Shown: positions 12,170 through 26,500 of the stretch, in pieces | Layout of the letters: the number at the start of each line of letters is the position of its first letter | How positions within the stretch are numbered: the first letter of the stretch is position 1 | Origin: Macrostomum lignano | Taxonomy: Eukaryota | Direction of reading: 5' to 3' | Length of the DNA: 64,000 nucleotides | Assembly: GCA_002269645.1 (NCBI GenBank) | Contig: NIVC01004114.1 | Coordinates: 1 to 64,000, forward strand | Program-made: the position numbers and the translations under genes | The notes under the pieces: model-generated | What the model saw: the letters and a program-made list of their open reading frames with translations, nothing else | Told to the model about the DNA's origin: nothing | Databases searched by the model: none

Positions 12170-13726
12170 TCCCTAGACCCTTACCGCAGCACAGCGAGAA
12201 GTTTCCCTGAAGACAACAGTGAAGATGGCCCAGTCAGTTCCCGCAATTCAACAGGAAGTCTAAACTCTATAGATTATAATCGACAAGACGACAACGACAA
12301 GGAACCTGCACAGCATGCCTCTGGTAAATGCAGGATTTTGAAGAGAGAGCCGGAGACTGATTATAAGTTATAACAATACCAATGGATTAATCAGACATTA
12401 ACTTGCACTATGGTTTATGGCAATTGTTTAAACTACAAAGAAGACAATTTTTAATAACATTTCAACAAATGTTATTACACTGTTTACACAATTTGTCCAA
12501 TCGCATTCAAATGAAGTCGCTGTTGACGGACATTTCGTCAAAAACCTTTTCGTCAGAGTCATTTCGTCATTTTGTAAAATGGTAGAAATGTGTAGGTGTG
12601 TGTATGATTTCGAATTTGAATTGAAATAAATATTCACGTTCAGTAGTCTTATATGTCTTGCTAAAATAGGTCAGTTATATATATCTGTGTGGGAACTGTA
12701 CATGTAATTGTTGGTTAAGTGATGTGTTTTAAGTAAAAAACGTATACTCGAATACTAAGGGGAAATCAATTGGACTACTCCAGATGAAAATTATGGTTTT
12801 TATGGGTCTTGCCTTCTATCAGTTGCTCCGTGTTCATGAATCTTTTGGCTTTGACGATATGCTGTTCAAAATTCAGAATGATGAAACTTTTAGCGTAACA
12901 GCAGCTGTCTATGGCGTGATCTAAATTTAGCTTCCATTATCCCATTAAGCCAGCATTAGTGGACGAGAGGGTTTGTAGTTTTGACGAAATCAATTGCAAA
13001 AGCTATTCACAAGCTGTAGTAGGTACATTACTGTAAGAACTCAGCTTAAAGCACCGCGCAGACTTTATTAACTAGCAGACGTGACTCGATCGATTTAAAA
13101 CTTTGTCAATCAACCATGCTTGCCGTTGCGCTTTATCTGGCCCTACTAATCCAGGGTAAGAATTTATTTAGTAAGATTTATTAATAAGTACACAGTTCCT
13201 GTAAATAATTATATACACAAATTTGCCTGGGTTTGCGGGGGCCGAGGGGAGGGGTTGATAGAGGGTAATGCGACAGTGGGCCTAATCGGTCCTCATTTCA
13301 CCCCGGAGCAGGCATACAGATACGTACGCAGGCACTCACATTTGTCACATTTGCCTCAGCTCAGCGCGAGCATTCGCACACTCACTGCACATACTATTTA
13401 CAGTAGCAAGCCTAGCATCGGCAGCTCCGGCCTGGCGAGAGGACATTGTCCTGATGAGACAGGCCGAAATCTACGAATACGAGGTCTCAGACGGTAGCGC
13501 ACAGCAGCCGTATGAGCAGTCGCCGATTGAGCCTCCCCCACTTGACCTGGCAACAGTGGCGGCCTACACGCCCCTGACACCCGTGCCGCCAACTCTGGCA
13601 ACTCCTGTGCATGTGCAGACGGCCAAGGACGACAAGACCAAATTAGCCGAATATCTGGACGAGCTGGACAAGCAGAATTGGATGACGTTGAGGGCCCCGC
13701 CAACTAGTACTACTATTAACTACTAA
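12170..13726 (+). CDS. Small two-exon protein (~158 aa) with no in-frame genomic ATG in exon 1; weak ANAPC16 similarity
   Basis: Exon 12170-12323 follows a pyrimidine tract plus AG and ends at a GTAAAT donor (phase 1). It splices in frame to exon 13404-13726 (tttacag acceptor). Coding-like composition; ends KLAEYLDELDKQNWMTLRAPPTSTTINY*. Confidence 0.65.
12520..13010. mobile_element. Possible TIR element inside the intron of the 12170-13726 gene
   Basis: atttcgtcaaaa (~12530) and its reverse complement ttttgacgaaat (~12980), with a second imperfect inverted pair; no TSD identified. Confidence 0.35.
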
Positions 13727-14775
13727 GGTCTTAGTTCTATTAGTAGTATATCTTACACTAAAAACTGTACAAATAATGGCCGTCTTTGTTCAACGCTATA
13801 CAAGTGTCTTAAGCTTTATAAATGAGGATTTTAAACAGTTTCAGTCGCAATATATTATTATTCTGTTTCTAAAGTAAAGAAACTCACAATACTAAAATAT
13901 TAACTAGGTTACTTTTTTAGCGAAATAAAAAACAATACAGACATAAATGTATGAAAACTTGTGGGTTTTATTAATTATCCATTTAGCCATTTATTCCAGT
14001 AGTAGTAGTAGCATGAGTAGTAAAAATAGCATTTCAATAATATTTGAAGATCAATAATAGTATATTAATATTTATGTCCAAAAGAAGCGCATAGATATTT
14101 TACAGTTAATAAAATATTACTGACTCAACTAACTGATGAAGAAAGCAAGTGCATATTTCGAAAATCAAAATCAATCTACTCTACCAGTACCTCTGAAACC
14201 TTGTGGGCCGATACTCTAAATAATTAAGCACCTACTACTGGCTTTATCATTTATTATTCTGGAAGATAATAGTAGCTCATTAGTCCTTAGATGGAATGCT
14301 GTACAACTATTAAAGTTCAGGCTGTGATCATCAATAGATAATAACTGATTATTACTTACACAACTGTACAGAATTACAGACAGAATTACAGACACAGCTC
14401 CGCGGCAGCTTGCACAGGGAAAGACTTTGAAATAAAAAAACTATAGATGATAACAAATAGACTGTACTATTAAATAGAAATCACTAATTACTACTGTTAG
14501 TCAATGGCATTCAGAATAATGTCAACTGGATAATAATAATCTTAATTAATTATAGTAATAATTAAGTACTGGCAAATAACTCTCTTGATTTCTTATATTA
14601 TAGAAAAATAGATGATATTACAATTAAAGAAAATACTTTATTGCAACTTTCTAGACGAATTACGCTCGTAAAAAATTTCGACAACAAAATTCGCAACACG
14701 CCTACTTGTTGCGTCACGAATCAGTAGTCTGCTGAGGACACGGTTTTTGAATAACCAAAAACTAGTTCAATGTTG

Positions 14776-17543
14776 TTATTTCCAATATTTAATAACGCCG
14801 TCTCGGGTGGCCGTCAGCAAATAGGGCTGTCCAGCGTGCATCAGCGCGATGTCGGTGACAGCGTCGCGGAAGCCCATTGTGCTGGCGCGCTGTTGGGCGC
14901 TCAACAGCGAACCGGCTGGCGGCGCCGAAGAAGCGACTAATGAAGCGCCGCTAGTAGCGGCAACATTAGCGGCAGCCGAGGACGAAGTGCCGCCGGAAGC
15001 AGCGCCGGCATTGGCGGACAGATAGGCCTCAAACAGGACATCCGTGTTCGAATTGGCCGTCAGAGCTTCGCGCGCCTCCCGACGATAGGCGACTCGACGA
15101 TTGACAGAGTCGGAGAATTTGCCGGCTACAATGCGACTGTCGGCTGGTCGGGCCCAGTCCCACAGGCGGAGGCGGCAGTCGTCGCTACCGGCGTACCAAC
15201 GGTCCGGGCCGACCTGGGCGGGGCATTTAGAATTGTTTGGTGTAAGGGCTTCAAATCCTAAATGGGATTTTGTAGTTGCTATCCTGAAATGGGATTTTGT
15301 AGATTTTATCCCTACAAGGGACATTGTAGGTTTTAACGCTAAATGAGATTTTTGTAGATTTTTCTCAAAAGGGGATTTAGTAGCTTTTATCTCCAAAAGA
15401 GATTTTGTAGGTTTTGTCCCTAAAACGGATTTTGTAGGTTTTATCCCAAAATGGGATTTTTGTAGATTTAATCCCTTAGTTACTTAGTATGATGCTACAA
15501 AGCTTTTCAAGAAGATAATTTCGTGCACGCACCGGCAGCACCGCGTGGCAGCCGCGCGGAGTTGACTGGGTGACGCTGAGCACGGGAGCCACAGAGGCCC
15601 AGACGCAGCGGACCCGTTCGCAGGAGCGCAGATCCCAGTCGCCAACCTCATTGTTGCTCTGCACGCTCACCAGCAGCCGGTGCGGGTGCAGCAGCAGCTG
15701 GGAGGCCGGGCCGCCAGCTGACCAGGGCAGGACTCGAAGGCGCAGCACACGCATGCTGGTGGGGTGCCGCAGCTGCACCAGCGGCAGCTGGAATCGGCAG
15801 TCCCAGACGTCCACAATGCCGCGCGATGTACCGGCGGCTAGCCAGGAGGTCAGCGAGTGCGCCTGAAATTAATGCAGATATGGGATTTAAATGTTTTGAT
15901 TATGCTTTAGAATTTTATCTAAACTCGATTTCGGGATTTTGAAATCGGATTTTGGGGATCTGAACTCGATTTCGGGATTTTGAAATCGGATTTTGGGGAT
16001 CTGAACTCGATTTCGGGATTTTGAAATCGGATTTTGGGGATCTGAACTCGATTTCGGGATTTCGAAATCGGATTTTGGGATCGAAACTCGATTTAGGGAT
16101 TTCAAAATGGGATTTTGGGATCGAAACTCGATTTCGGGAATTTGAAATCGGATTTTGGGATCGAAACTCGATTTAAGGATTTCGAAATGGGATTTTGGGA
16201 TCGAAACTCGATTTAGGGATTTCAAAATGGGATTTTGGGATCGAAACTCGATTTAAGGATTTCGAAATCGGATTTTGGGATCGAAACTCGATTTAGGGAT
16301 TTCAAAATGGGATTTTGGGATCGAAACTCGATTTCGGGAATTTGAAATCGGATTTTGGGATCGAAACTCGATTTAAGGATTTCGAAATGGGATTTTGGGA
16401 TCGAAACTCGATTTAGGGATTTCAAAATGGGATTTTGGGATCGAAACTCGATTTAAGGATTTCGAAATCGGATTTTGGGATCGAAACTCGATTTAGGGAT
16501 TTCAAAATGGGATTTTGGGATCGAAACTCGATTTCGGGAATTTGAAATCGGATTTTGGGATCGAAACTCGATTTAAGGATTTCGAAATGGGATTTTGGGG
16601 ATCTGAACTCGATTTCGGGATTTTGAAATCGGATTTTGGGGATCTGAACTCGATTTAGAGGTTTCGAATTGGGATTTTGGGGATCCAAGAATAAATGAAT
16701 TTTAAAGCCGCTACAAACCTCCACAGCTGTAATCAGGCCCACACTCGGGTCAACATCGTATCTGGCCACAAAGTCCTGAGTTCGAACATCCCAAGTGAGC
16801 AGGGCGCCACGTGCAGTGGCCACCAGGAAACAGTTGGCTGAGTCGGGCACCGGACTCAAGCAGGTGATGGCGCCCAGCTGCTCGGCATCGTAGCGGGTGG
16901 GGCGGGCGGCCGACCAGCGCCAACGCAGCTGCCCGGTGGAGGCGCACAGCTGGTAGGCGCCCGCCTCTGTGCAGGCCACCACGCTGTAGTCTGGCCCGGC
17001 CTGCGGGTGGGGGGGGCGATTGGCTCCTGACATTGGCCTGTCAGTCAGCTGTCAGACAGACGGACAGACAGACTGAAAGACACACAGGCAGACACGCAGG
17101 CAGACACGCAGTTAGACACACAGGCAGACACACAGACAGAAAGACAGACACACAACCACACAGGCAGACACACAGATACACAGGCAGACACACAGACACA
17201 CAGACAGAAAGACAGACACACAGACACACAGGCAGACAAACAGGCAGACACAGACACACAGGCAGACACACAGGCAGACACACAGACAGACACACAGGCA
17301 CACAGGCAGACACACAGACACACAGACAGAAAGACAGACACACAGACACACAGGCAGACAAACAGGCAGAAACATAGGCAGACACACAGACAGACACACA
17401 GACAGACACACAGGCAGACACAGACACACAGACAGACACACAGGCAGACACAGACACACAGGCAGACACACAGGCAGACACACAGACAGACACAGGCAGA
17501 CACACAGACACACAGGCAGACACACAGACAGAAAGACAGACAG

Positions 17544-17586
<43 letters not shown>

Positions 17587-20500
17587 CAGCCTTACCTGCC
17601 AGTAAGCGCCCAGCACACGGGACGGGAAGTCAGCATAGGTCAGCTTGGACTTGCCGCTCACGCACTGGTCGGGATTCTTGTGACAATCTGACAGATCCCA
17701 CAATCGAACCGTGGCATCGTCGGATGCCGTAGCGAAGGCCCGGTGATCAGCGGACACTGACAAGCTGTTAATCCGGCCTCGGTGCTCGGATATGTGATTC
17801 ACCAGCACGCCCTTCGGTGTCCAGGTGTCGCAGCCGGGGAAAGCGGCACTGGCCAGCGATCCGCCCGCAGACGAGTTCGAATAGCTGACAGACGAGACAA
17901 TCGAATTCAACAGGCCGTACTCGGCCCGCCGTCTGGCCAGCAGGTTGTCCAGGTCGGTGCGGCAGGTTGCGCACCGGCCGGAGGCTGGCGGCAGGACAAC
18001 ACCAGCGGCGGCAGTGGTTGCTATGGAAACGGAACCCGCCGGAGCTCCGCCACCTGCAGACGGCGACGATCCGGCAACTGCAACCGAAGACCCGGAAGCG
18101 AAGTCGCTAGCGGCAGTCGCCCCAAGAGACGCCGCCGGCGCCGCTGCACCCATCGAGGCCAGCGATGATGCCGCAGGCTGGCCAGCCAAGACCGACGCAG
18201 CGACGACATTCGACGCCGAGACCGTCACGCCAGTGGCTGACAGAGACAGATGCCTGGGCAGCACCGACTGCTGCTCGGTCACAGTTGCCAAATCCGACAG
18301 CTTCAAGCGTTCGACGCCGATGTAATCAACCGCGGCGGACGACACTGACGGCGTTGACAATGCGGCTGCGGAGCTGGCGGTCGTCTGCTTCAGCGCCAGG
18401 TCGCGCAGCGCCAACAGGCGATCCTCCATGGATTCCTCCAGGCCGAGGTGGCCGAGTTTGGCTAGGAGGGCGGCCGCGTCCTCCTCTAGCCTGGCGTAGC
18501 ACGGCTGCTGAGGGCCTGCGGGGGCGGGGCGGGGGAGGTCTTGCAGGGGTTGCTGAGTGGTTGCGGGCTTAGGGAGAGCAGCAACTGAGGATCTGGGAGG
18601 CTGGCCCAGCAACTGAGGATCTGGGAGGCTGGCCCAGCAACTGAGGATCTGGGAGGCTGGCCCAGTAACTGAGGATCTGGGAGGCTGGCCCAGTAATTGA
18701 GGATCTGGGAGGCTGGCCCAGTAACTGAGGATCTGGGAGGCTGGCCCAGTAACTGAGGATCTGGGAGGCTGGCCCAGTAACTGAGGATCTGGGAGGCTGG
18801 CCCAGTAACTGAGGATCTGGGAGGCTGGCCCAGTAACTGAGGATCTGGGGGGCTGGCCCAGCAACTGAGGATTTGGGAGGCTGGCCCAGCAACTGACACT
18901 CTGGTAGGCTGGCCCAGCAACTGAGGATCTGGGAGGCTGGCCCAGCAACTGAGGATCTGGGAGGGCGACTCAGTCCTCACCGTCAGCGGCAGCGCCCGAC
19001 TCGTCCCCACTGCCCCCCGCCGAGTCCTGAATGTTGCCAGCCCCAGCCGTCTGACAGCGCAGCCGAACATGTCGCCGCTCCTCCAGTGCAACGAACAGCC
19101 GCTCAACCAGATGACGCGGAGTGGTTGCTAGGCAACGCCAAGCGGCTGGCGGCACGGGAGGCCCTAGGGCGCTGAGCACCAGCACTTCGTTGGCGAGGTG
19201 CCGCTGACTTCCCGCCAGCCGTTTGGCAGCGGCCGGCAGGTGGTTGGACACCCGCGGCGAGTTCGGACTGTCCGGCGCCACCAGACGGCAGTGGAATTCG
19301 GCGGGCCCGAGGCGACCGGCGGTGGCGCACAGCAAGCCGGCGGCTGCGTGCCGAACGAATACGTCCGGATGGCTGAGCAGCGGCAGGGATCTATTGGGGT
19401 GCGGCAGGGGGAATTTAGTCTTAGCAGCAATTTTTTGAGGGGAATTTAGTGACTATGCTTTTGGGGGAATTTAAAAGCGATTCTTTTGGGGGAATTTAGT
19501 GACGATTCTTTTGGGGGAATTTAGTGGCGATTCTTTTGGGGGAATTTAGTAGCGATTCTTTTGGGGGAATTTAGTGGCGATTCTTTTGGGGGAATTTAGT
19601 GGCGATTCTTTTGGGGGAAACTTAAGGCAAGGGAACTTAAGGCTTCTTTAAAGCAATTATAGTAGCGATTCTTTGAGAATGAGGAATTACAGGCGTAAAT
19701 TGCAAGTCTTCAAAAAGGAATTTAGAAGCGAATCGCTACATATAAAAACAGCTTAACGCCACATATCAATCATCATTACTAGCCGCTACAAGCTACTCAA
19801 CCAACTCACTTGGCGCAGAGAGGCGCGCCGAATCGCCTGCCAACGTCGCTGGATCTGTCGGCAACGAGGGAGCGCAGGCAGATCAGGGCGGCCACCAGCA
19901 CTGCGGGATCCGGGTCTGCCAGCCCCTGTTCAAGCAGCGGCACCAGCATCTCGGCGCCGTGATCGCCAATGAAAGCCACCATGCAGTACAGCTGCTCGTA
20001 GAAGCTCCATCTCAGGTCCGGGCCCTCGTTTAGAAACGTGATCGCGTGCGACATCACGTGATCGGAGGCTTCGCGCCGGCCGAAGAACGTGCATAGGCGG
20101 AGCGCGTCGGAGCAGAGCACGGACTGAAGTATGCGGTTTGAGAACATTATTCACCATGCATCAGCATTCCGACTTCATAGCAACCCATTTGACACCATAG
20201 CAACCAATCAGACACCATAGCAACCAATCAGACACCATAGCAACCAATCAGCCACCATAGCAACCAATCAGACACCAGAGCAACCAATCAGACACCATAG
20301 CAACCAATCAGACACCATAGCAACCAATCAGACACCATAGCAACCAATCAGACACCATAGCAACCAATCAGACACCATATAGCAACCAATCAGACACCAT
20401 AGCAACCAATCAGACACCAGAGCAACCAATCAGACACCATAGCAACCAATCAGACACCATATAGCAACCAATCAAACACCATAGCAACTAATCAGACACC

Positions 20501-23500
20501 ATAGCAACTATTCAGACACCATAGCAACTAATCAGACACCCTAGCAACCAAAGATAATATATACACAAGATGGGCCACTCATCAACCACTTATGTGGCCA
20601 TAGAAGCTAATGTAAAAAAATTTGCAACTCGCGACAGCGCGAAAATCAACTACTGAACTCAATTTCGTCATAGTCTCTGCAGTGCATGCATCATTCTTAG
20701 TTTGACTGAGTAGCTTTTTATTAAATTATGAGAAGTTTTATTATATTCTTAAAAAATAGCGTTTATGTCCATAAGCTACTGAACTCAAATTTATAAGCAA
20801 CCCATGTCGGCTTTTTCACACAGGTTACGAAAAACAGCGGTTGCACTTTCCCTATTACCGCCATACAAAGTGGCCTATCTAGGGAATATAAGATCCCTGC
20901 TAGCAACTAATCAGACACCATAGCAACTAATCAGACACCATAGCAACTAATCAGACACCCTAGCAACCAATTAGACACCATAGCAACCAATCAGACACCA
21001 TAACAACCAATCAGACACCATAGCAACCAATCCGACACCATAGCAACCAATCAGACACCATAGCAACCAATCCGACACCATAGCAGCCAATCAGACACCC
21101 TAGCAACCAGACACCCTAGCAACCAATCAGACACCATAGCAACCAATCCGACACCATAGTAACCAATCAGACACCATAGCAACTAATTAGACACCATAGC
21201 AACTAATCAGACACCATAGCAACTGAGAGGTTTTTAATAAAACCCAGCGGACCTGTTTTACAGCGGGACAGGAATCGTGCAGCAGAGTGACAGTCAAACC
21301 AGAGACAGTCCGCCTCAACGATTGCAATTCCGCCTCGAAATTGATGGCCCTCAGATGCTGAGCCTCCTGCTGACTAAGCGCAGTAATCGTCGCATTTTGA
21401 CCCTCCATCGGTGGCAGCCAAGCGGCCATCGACTGTTCGCGGACGCTGTCCAAAAACTTCTTAGCCGTATCGGCCAGACGGCCGAGAATTTCGGCCAGCG
21501 ACGAGCGCACCTGTACTGAGACGTCCCTAGACAGGTGCTCCACTGTGGGGAAGATGTAGTCGGCAAACAGATTGACGTATTTGTAGCCGACTGTATCGAT
21601 TCGGCCCACGGTGTTGGCGAGACTGAGGATCGCGCCAGACCGAACTCGGCTGCTGGAATCCGTCATCATGTCCAGCTGAGGATTTGGGATTAGGGCAGAG
21701 TTATATAGTGTAGTGAGCCGCTAGTTTATGGTTAGGCGTCGCCCTTGTCAGCTGTTCCCTCGCCTCCGCCCTGGGTTGCTGTCTGCCGCTGGTCAGCTTC
21801 CTGCCCCTCCCTTCGTTTGTCTGCTGCTGCCCTTGGCCTGTTCTGGCCTTCTGCGTCTCCGTTCTCAGCTCCCAGCCTCTCGGCTGTGGGCTGTCTCTGT
21901 TTCGCTCCCGTCCCGTTTTCCCTGTCTTGTGAGAAAGTCACATGACAGTTCTTGCGTTCTTTGAGTCTTAAAACCAATTTGTTGGCCCTGTTTACCGGGT
22001 GAGTCACGTGCTTTCGGACCCCTCCCTTCTCTAAGGAGAGGAGTGACTCATGTTGCTAAAAATAGCAACTGAGTCACAGCCGCGTGTACTCTGGCCAGGG
22101 ACCTCAAGTGACGTCAGTTCTAAAAATAGAACAAGTCACGAGGTCTTCCGCACGCTTGTACCCTGCCCAAGACTCTCGAGTGACGTCAGTTCTAAAAATA
22201 GAACGAGTCACGAGGTCTTCTGCGTGGGTGTTTCCCGGCTATAAATAGGAGCTCTCTCCCCCTTGTTTCCGTCAAGGAGTTCTTGATTCCCGAGTTCTAA
22301 GACCCGTGTGCGTTAGCGTCTGAACTGAGTGCCCGACTGCATACATTGAGTCTGTTCGTATTGGTCTGACTGAGACCCGACTAAAGCGCCCCAAGCCTAC
22401 GAGAGACTAACTCAGCCCTCCCTCTGCCATCCAAGCCCGGCAGGTACTGCTGACGAGACGCCTAGTACGTTGAACTGCAATTCTGCACTAGGTGCTGTGT
22501 TCGTTGACTTCGTTATTTCGTTCCGACGGGAAGCTCACCTCACCGAAGGCCGAGACCTGAAGGAACTGGTGGCAGCACTACCTACGCTACTGAGAGTTGA
22601 GAGAACTTCCCACTGAAGAGGCTCAAGATTAAGGTAATCCGCAAGGGCCTAAACCCGGAAGAAAAAACCATTGTACTTCAGTACGGATACTATAGATTCC
22701 GGAGAACAGGTTGGTGATGATGATGAAGGATAATAGAGGGATTCTGGGGAACAGCCTGATGATGATGATGAAGGATAATAGAGGGATTCTGGGGAACAGC
22801 CTGATGATGATGATGAAGGATAATAGAGGGATTCTGTGAAACATGCTGGTGATGATGATGAATAGAGGGATTCTGTGAAACATGCTGGTGATGATGATAA
22901 AGGAACAGGCTGGTAATGAAGAGATAACTAGGGATTCTGTTGAGCAGATTGATGAAGGATTAAATGAGGATTCTGGGAGAAGCTCACAATATACGGCAGT
23001 ATCCGGTCGAGCACGATGTGATCAGGCAGATGGCAGGCCAGTTTCTCCAAGCACTTCAAACCGTCCAGTTTCGATTGGGCAAAGCGAACGTGCCGAACTG
23101 ACGAGGTCAACAAGTTCAAAATGATTACTAATCCAACGTTCCGTTCGGACTTCTTGTCGCTATCCAATATGAGAAACTTTGCAATGTGACTCTGGGTGAA
23201 TAGGGCTCTGAAAGTTGTGTCAAGAGAATATACACTCATAAATGGAATATCAATCAATGCTCACAATGCCTTTTAGGTGAGTAGATATTGATTTTAATTG
23301 TATTTCAAACTATCTAACTTCGGTTTCGACAAGGGCACTGCCCGACGGGCTGTTTGCCAACCTGAAGATTAACAGGCTCAAAGCTTCACAAGCCTGAATA
23401 TTCACAAGTTCGAAGATTCACAAGCCCGAAGATTCACAAGCCCGAAGATTCGCAAACTCGAAGATTTACAAGTTCGAAGATTCACAAACTCGACGATTCA

Positions 23501-26500
23501 CAAGCTCGAAGATTCACAAGCCTGAAGATTCACAAGCGCAAAGCTTCACACGCCTGAATATCCACAAGCTCGAAGATTCACAAGCCCGAAGATTCACAAG
23601 CTTGAAGATTCACAAACCTGAAGATTCACAAACCTGAAGATTCACAAACCTGAAGATTCACAAACCTGAAGATTCACAAGCCTAAAGATTCTCAAGCCCG
23701 AAGATTCACAAACTCGACGATTCACAAGCTCGAAGATTCACAAGCCTGAAGATTCACAAGCGCAAAGCTTTACACGCCTGAATATCCACAAGCTCGAAGA
23801 TTCACAAGCCCGAAGATTCACAAGCTTGAAGATTCACAAACCTGAAGATTCACAAACCTGAAGATTCACAAACCTGAAGATTCACAAACCTGAAGATTCA
23901 CAAGCCTAAAGATTCTCAAGCCCGAAGATTCACAAACTCGACGATTCACAAGCTCGAAGATTCACAAGCCTGAATATTCACAAGCGCAAAGCTTTACACG
24001 CCTGAATATCCACAAGCTCGAAGATTCACAAATGCAAAGATTCACAAACTCGAAGATTCACAACCTCGAAGATTCATAAGCTCGTAGATTCACAACCTCG
24101 AAGATTCACAAACTCAAAGATTCACAAACTCAAAAATTCACAAACTCCAAGATTCACAAACTCAAGCGTCACAAGCTCGAAGATTCACAACCTTGAAGCT
24201 TTACAACCTCGAAGATTCACAAACTCGAAGCTTCACAAACTCGAAGATTTACATGCCCGAAGATTTTTTAGCTCGAGCTTTGTTGAAATGATCTCCATAT
24301 CTGAGCAAACAACTCAACCAAGCCCTTACTTCTTCAGTCTAGCAATCTTATCATCCGGCAGCTGTATCTCCGAGGCGAACGGGGCCAAGTAGGTCTTTAG
24401 AAAGGTGTAAAAATAGTCCGGGAACGCTTTGCCTCGCTGTTGAATGAGCAGCTCCTCGCCAGATAGGCGACTCAGCGGTTCTTTGCTCAGCATGGTGGTG
24501 ATCAGGTCCTGGTTGGTTAACCAGGTTTTTTAATTTATTTTTTTCCTCTAGAAGCTATTTGAGGGCGTCATGGTGGCACTGTGATGAGTGTCATGGTGGC
24601 ACTGTGATGGGTGTCATTGGGGCATCATAAAGGGTGCATTGGGGCATCATAAGGGGTGTCATTGGGGAAATCATAAAGGGTGTCATTAGGGCATCATAAA
24701 GGGTGTCATTGGGGCATCATAAAGGGTGTCATTGGGGCATAATAAAGGGTGTCATTGGGGCATCATAAAGGGTGTCATTGAGGCATCATAAAGGGTGTCA
24801 TTGGGGCATCATAAGGGGTGCCATTGGGGCATCATAAAGGGTGTCATTGGGGCATCATAAAGGGTGCCATTGGGGCATCATAAAAGGGTGCCATTGGGGC
24901 ATCATAAAGGGTGTCATTGGGGCATCATAAAGGGTGTCATTGGGGAAATCAAAAAGGGTGTCATTGGGGCATCATAAAGGGTGTCATTAGGGCATCATAA
25001 GGGGTGTCATTGGGGCATCATAAAGGGTGTCATTGGGGCATCATAAAGGGTGCCATTGGGGCATCTTAAGGGGTGTCATTAGGGCATCATAAAGGGTGCC
25101 ATTGGGGCATCTTAAGGGGTGTCATTGGGGCATCATAAAGGGTGTCATTGGGGCATCATAAGGGGTGTCATTGGGGCATCATAAAGGGTGCCATTGTGGT
25201 ATTTTAGAGGCGCGAATTCATTAAGATCAGGCAAGTTACGAACCATAATGGTAAGAGTCAAATTCTCACCCGAATATTCTCATCCGCCAGTCGCAGTATT
25301 AGTTTAGCAGGCGTGTATTGATCTTTTTTAAATGCCAACAATTGAGACAGATCGAATGGCTGACTATTGGAATCTTCGCTAAACAGTTCTAATAGTACGC
25401 ATCCAGCGGAGAACACATCCATGCTGTGCTCCAGTTGTCCGCGTTTCTGTTAGTTTTCAATATAAAATCAAATTTTAGATATGATGATAACTAAGTACTA
25501 ACTAACCCGGGCTAATATTGCTTAACTTTCAAGGCCTGACAGCGAAATAAATATTAAACTATGAATTTATTTAAACTTATTTAAATTTAAAGTGAGCTGA
25601 TAATGAGTGTGACGTTACTATCTTTTTTAATAAAGAAGCAGCCTTCAAAAACACGATTTCTAAGAAATGCAAATTTCACCCGCGCTTACACAATTACGAC
25701 GTACGTGACATCATAATTCAAAATAAATAAAACTCTAAATCTATATTTATTACACTTTAAAAGTGAACTGAAAGCGGATGTAACTATATTTTGGTTTGTT
25801 AAAATAAAAACACAATTTTAATAAGCCTTGAAAACACCACAGTTTCTAAGAAATGCGCCTACCACATTCTGTTGTTTTTGACTGAGGCCAAAGTCTGCAT
25901 CGGGCTCGACAGCAGCCGTTGAAGCGACTCCACTAGCAGAAGCAGCCGCTGCCTTACCATAAGCGGAAGATCGATTAGCATGATAGAATCGCTCAGGGGC
26001 AATGTAGCAAGTCCTTCGACCAGAAATGTCAAAATAGAAGCTATAATCTGCCGGATTATCGTCTGGCAAAAACACGGGTTTAAAAGGAGCGAAATCCGTC
26101 AATAGTACCCAGCCCCAACTAGTGAGCAGGACGTTTTCACTTTTAATATCGCCGTGACACAGTGACACTTTGTTTAGCGTAGCGATTGCGCACAATAGCT
26201 GGAAGGCGATCCAACGCTTCTCTACGTCCAATAGAAACGGCCGAGTGTCCATTCTATCGTACAGGCTGTACTTTACAAACTGACGCACTAGACAGGCGTA
26301 GCGCTCCGAATAATGGCATCTGTGATGGGGGTTGTATGATGTCTCAGAGTACTTGTTGTACTTTAGTGTGATGTCACAAAGTACTTGCTGTACTTAAATG
26401 TGATGTCTCAGAGTACTTATTGTACTTTAGAGTGATGTCTCAGAGTACTTATTGTACTTTAGAGTGATGTCTCAGAGTACTCATGTACTTCTGTGTGGAG

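Noticed and set aside
13430-13455. APC13 similarity (AWRED)
   Set aside because: Five residues only; the rest of APC13 does not match
17033-17587. Cys/Val-rich ORFs resembling metallothionein or keratin-associated proteins
   Set aside because: Readings of a CA-rich microsatellite inside VPS15 intron 10
17041-18948. 635-aa ORF as a single gene (likewise 41756-42856 and 42502-43230)
   Set aside because: True exons read through into flanking intronic repeats; explained by the VPS15 and BRF1 exon models
23370-24280. Hammerhead array (CTGAAGA in the repeat unit)
   Set aside because: No stem II-GAAA-stem III-UH arrangement follows
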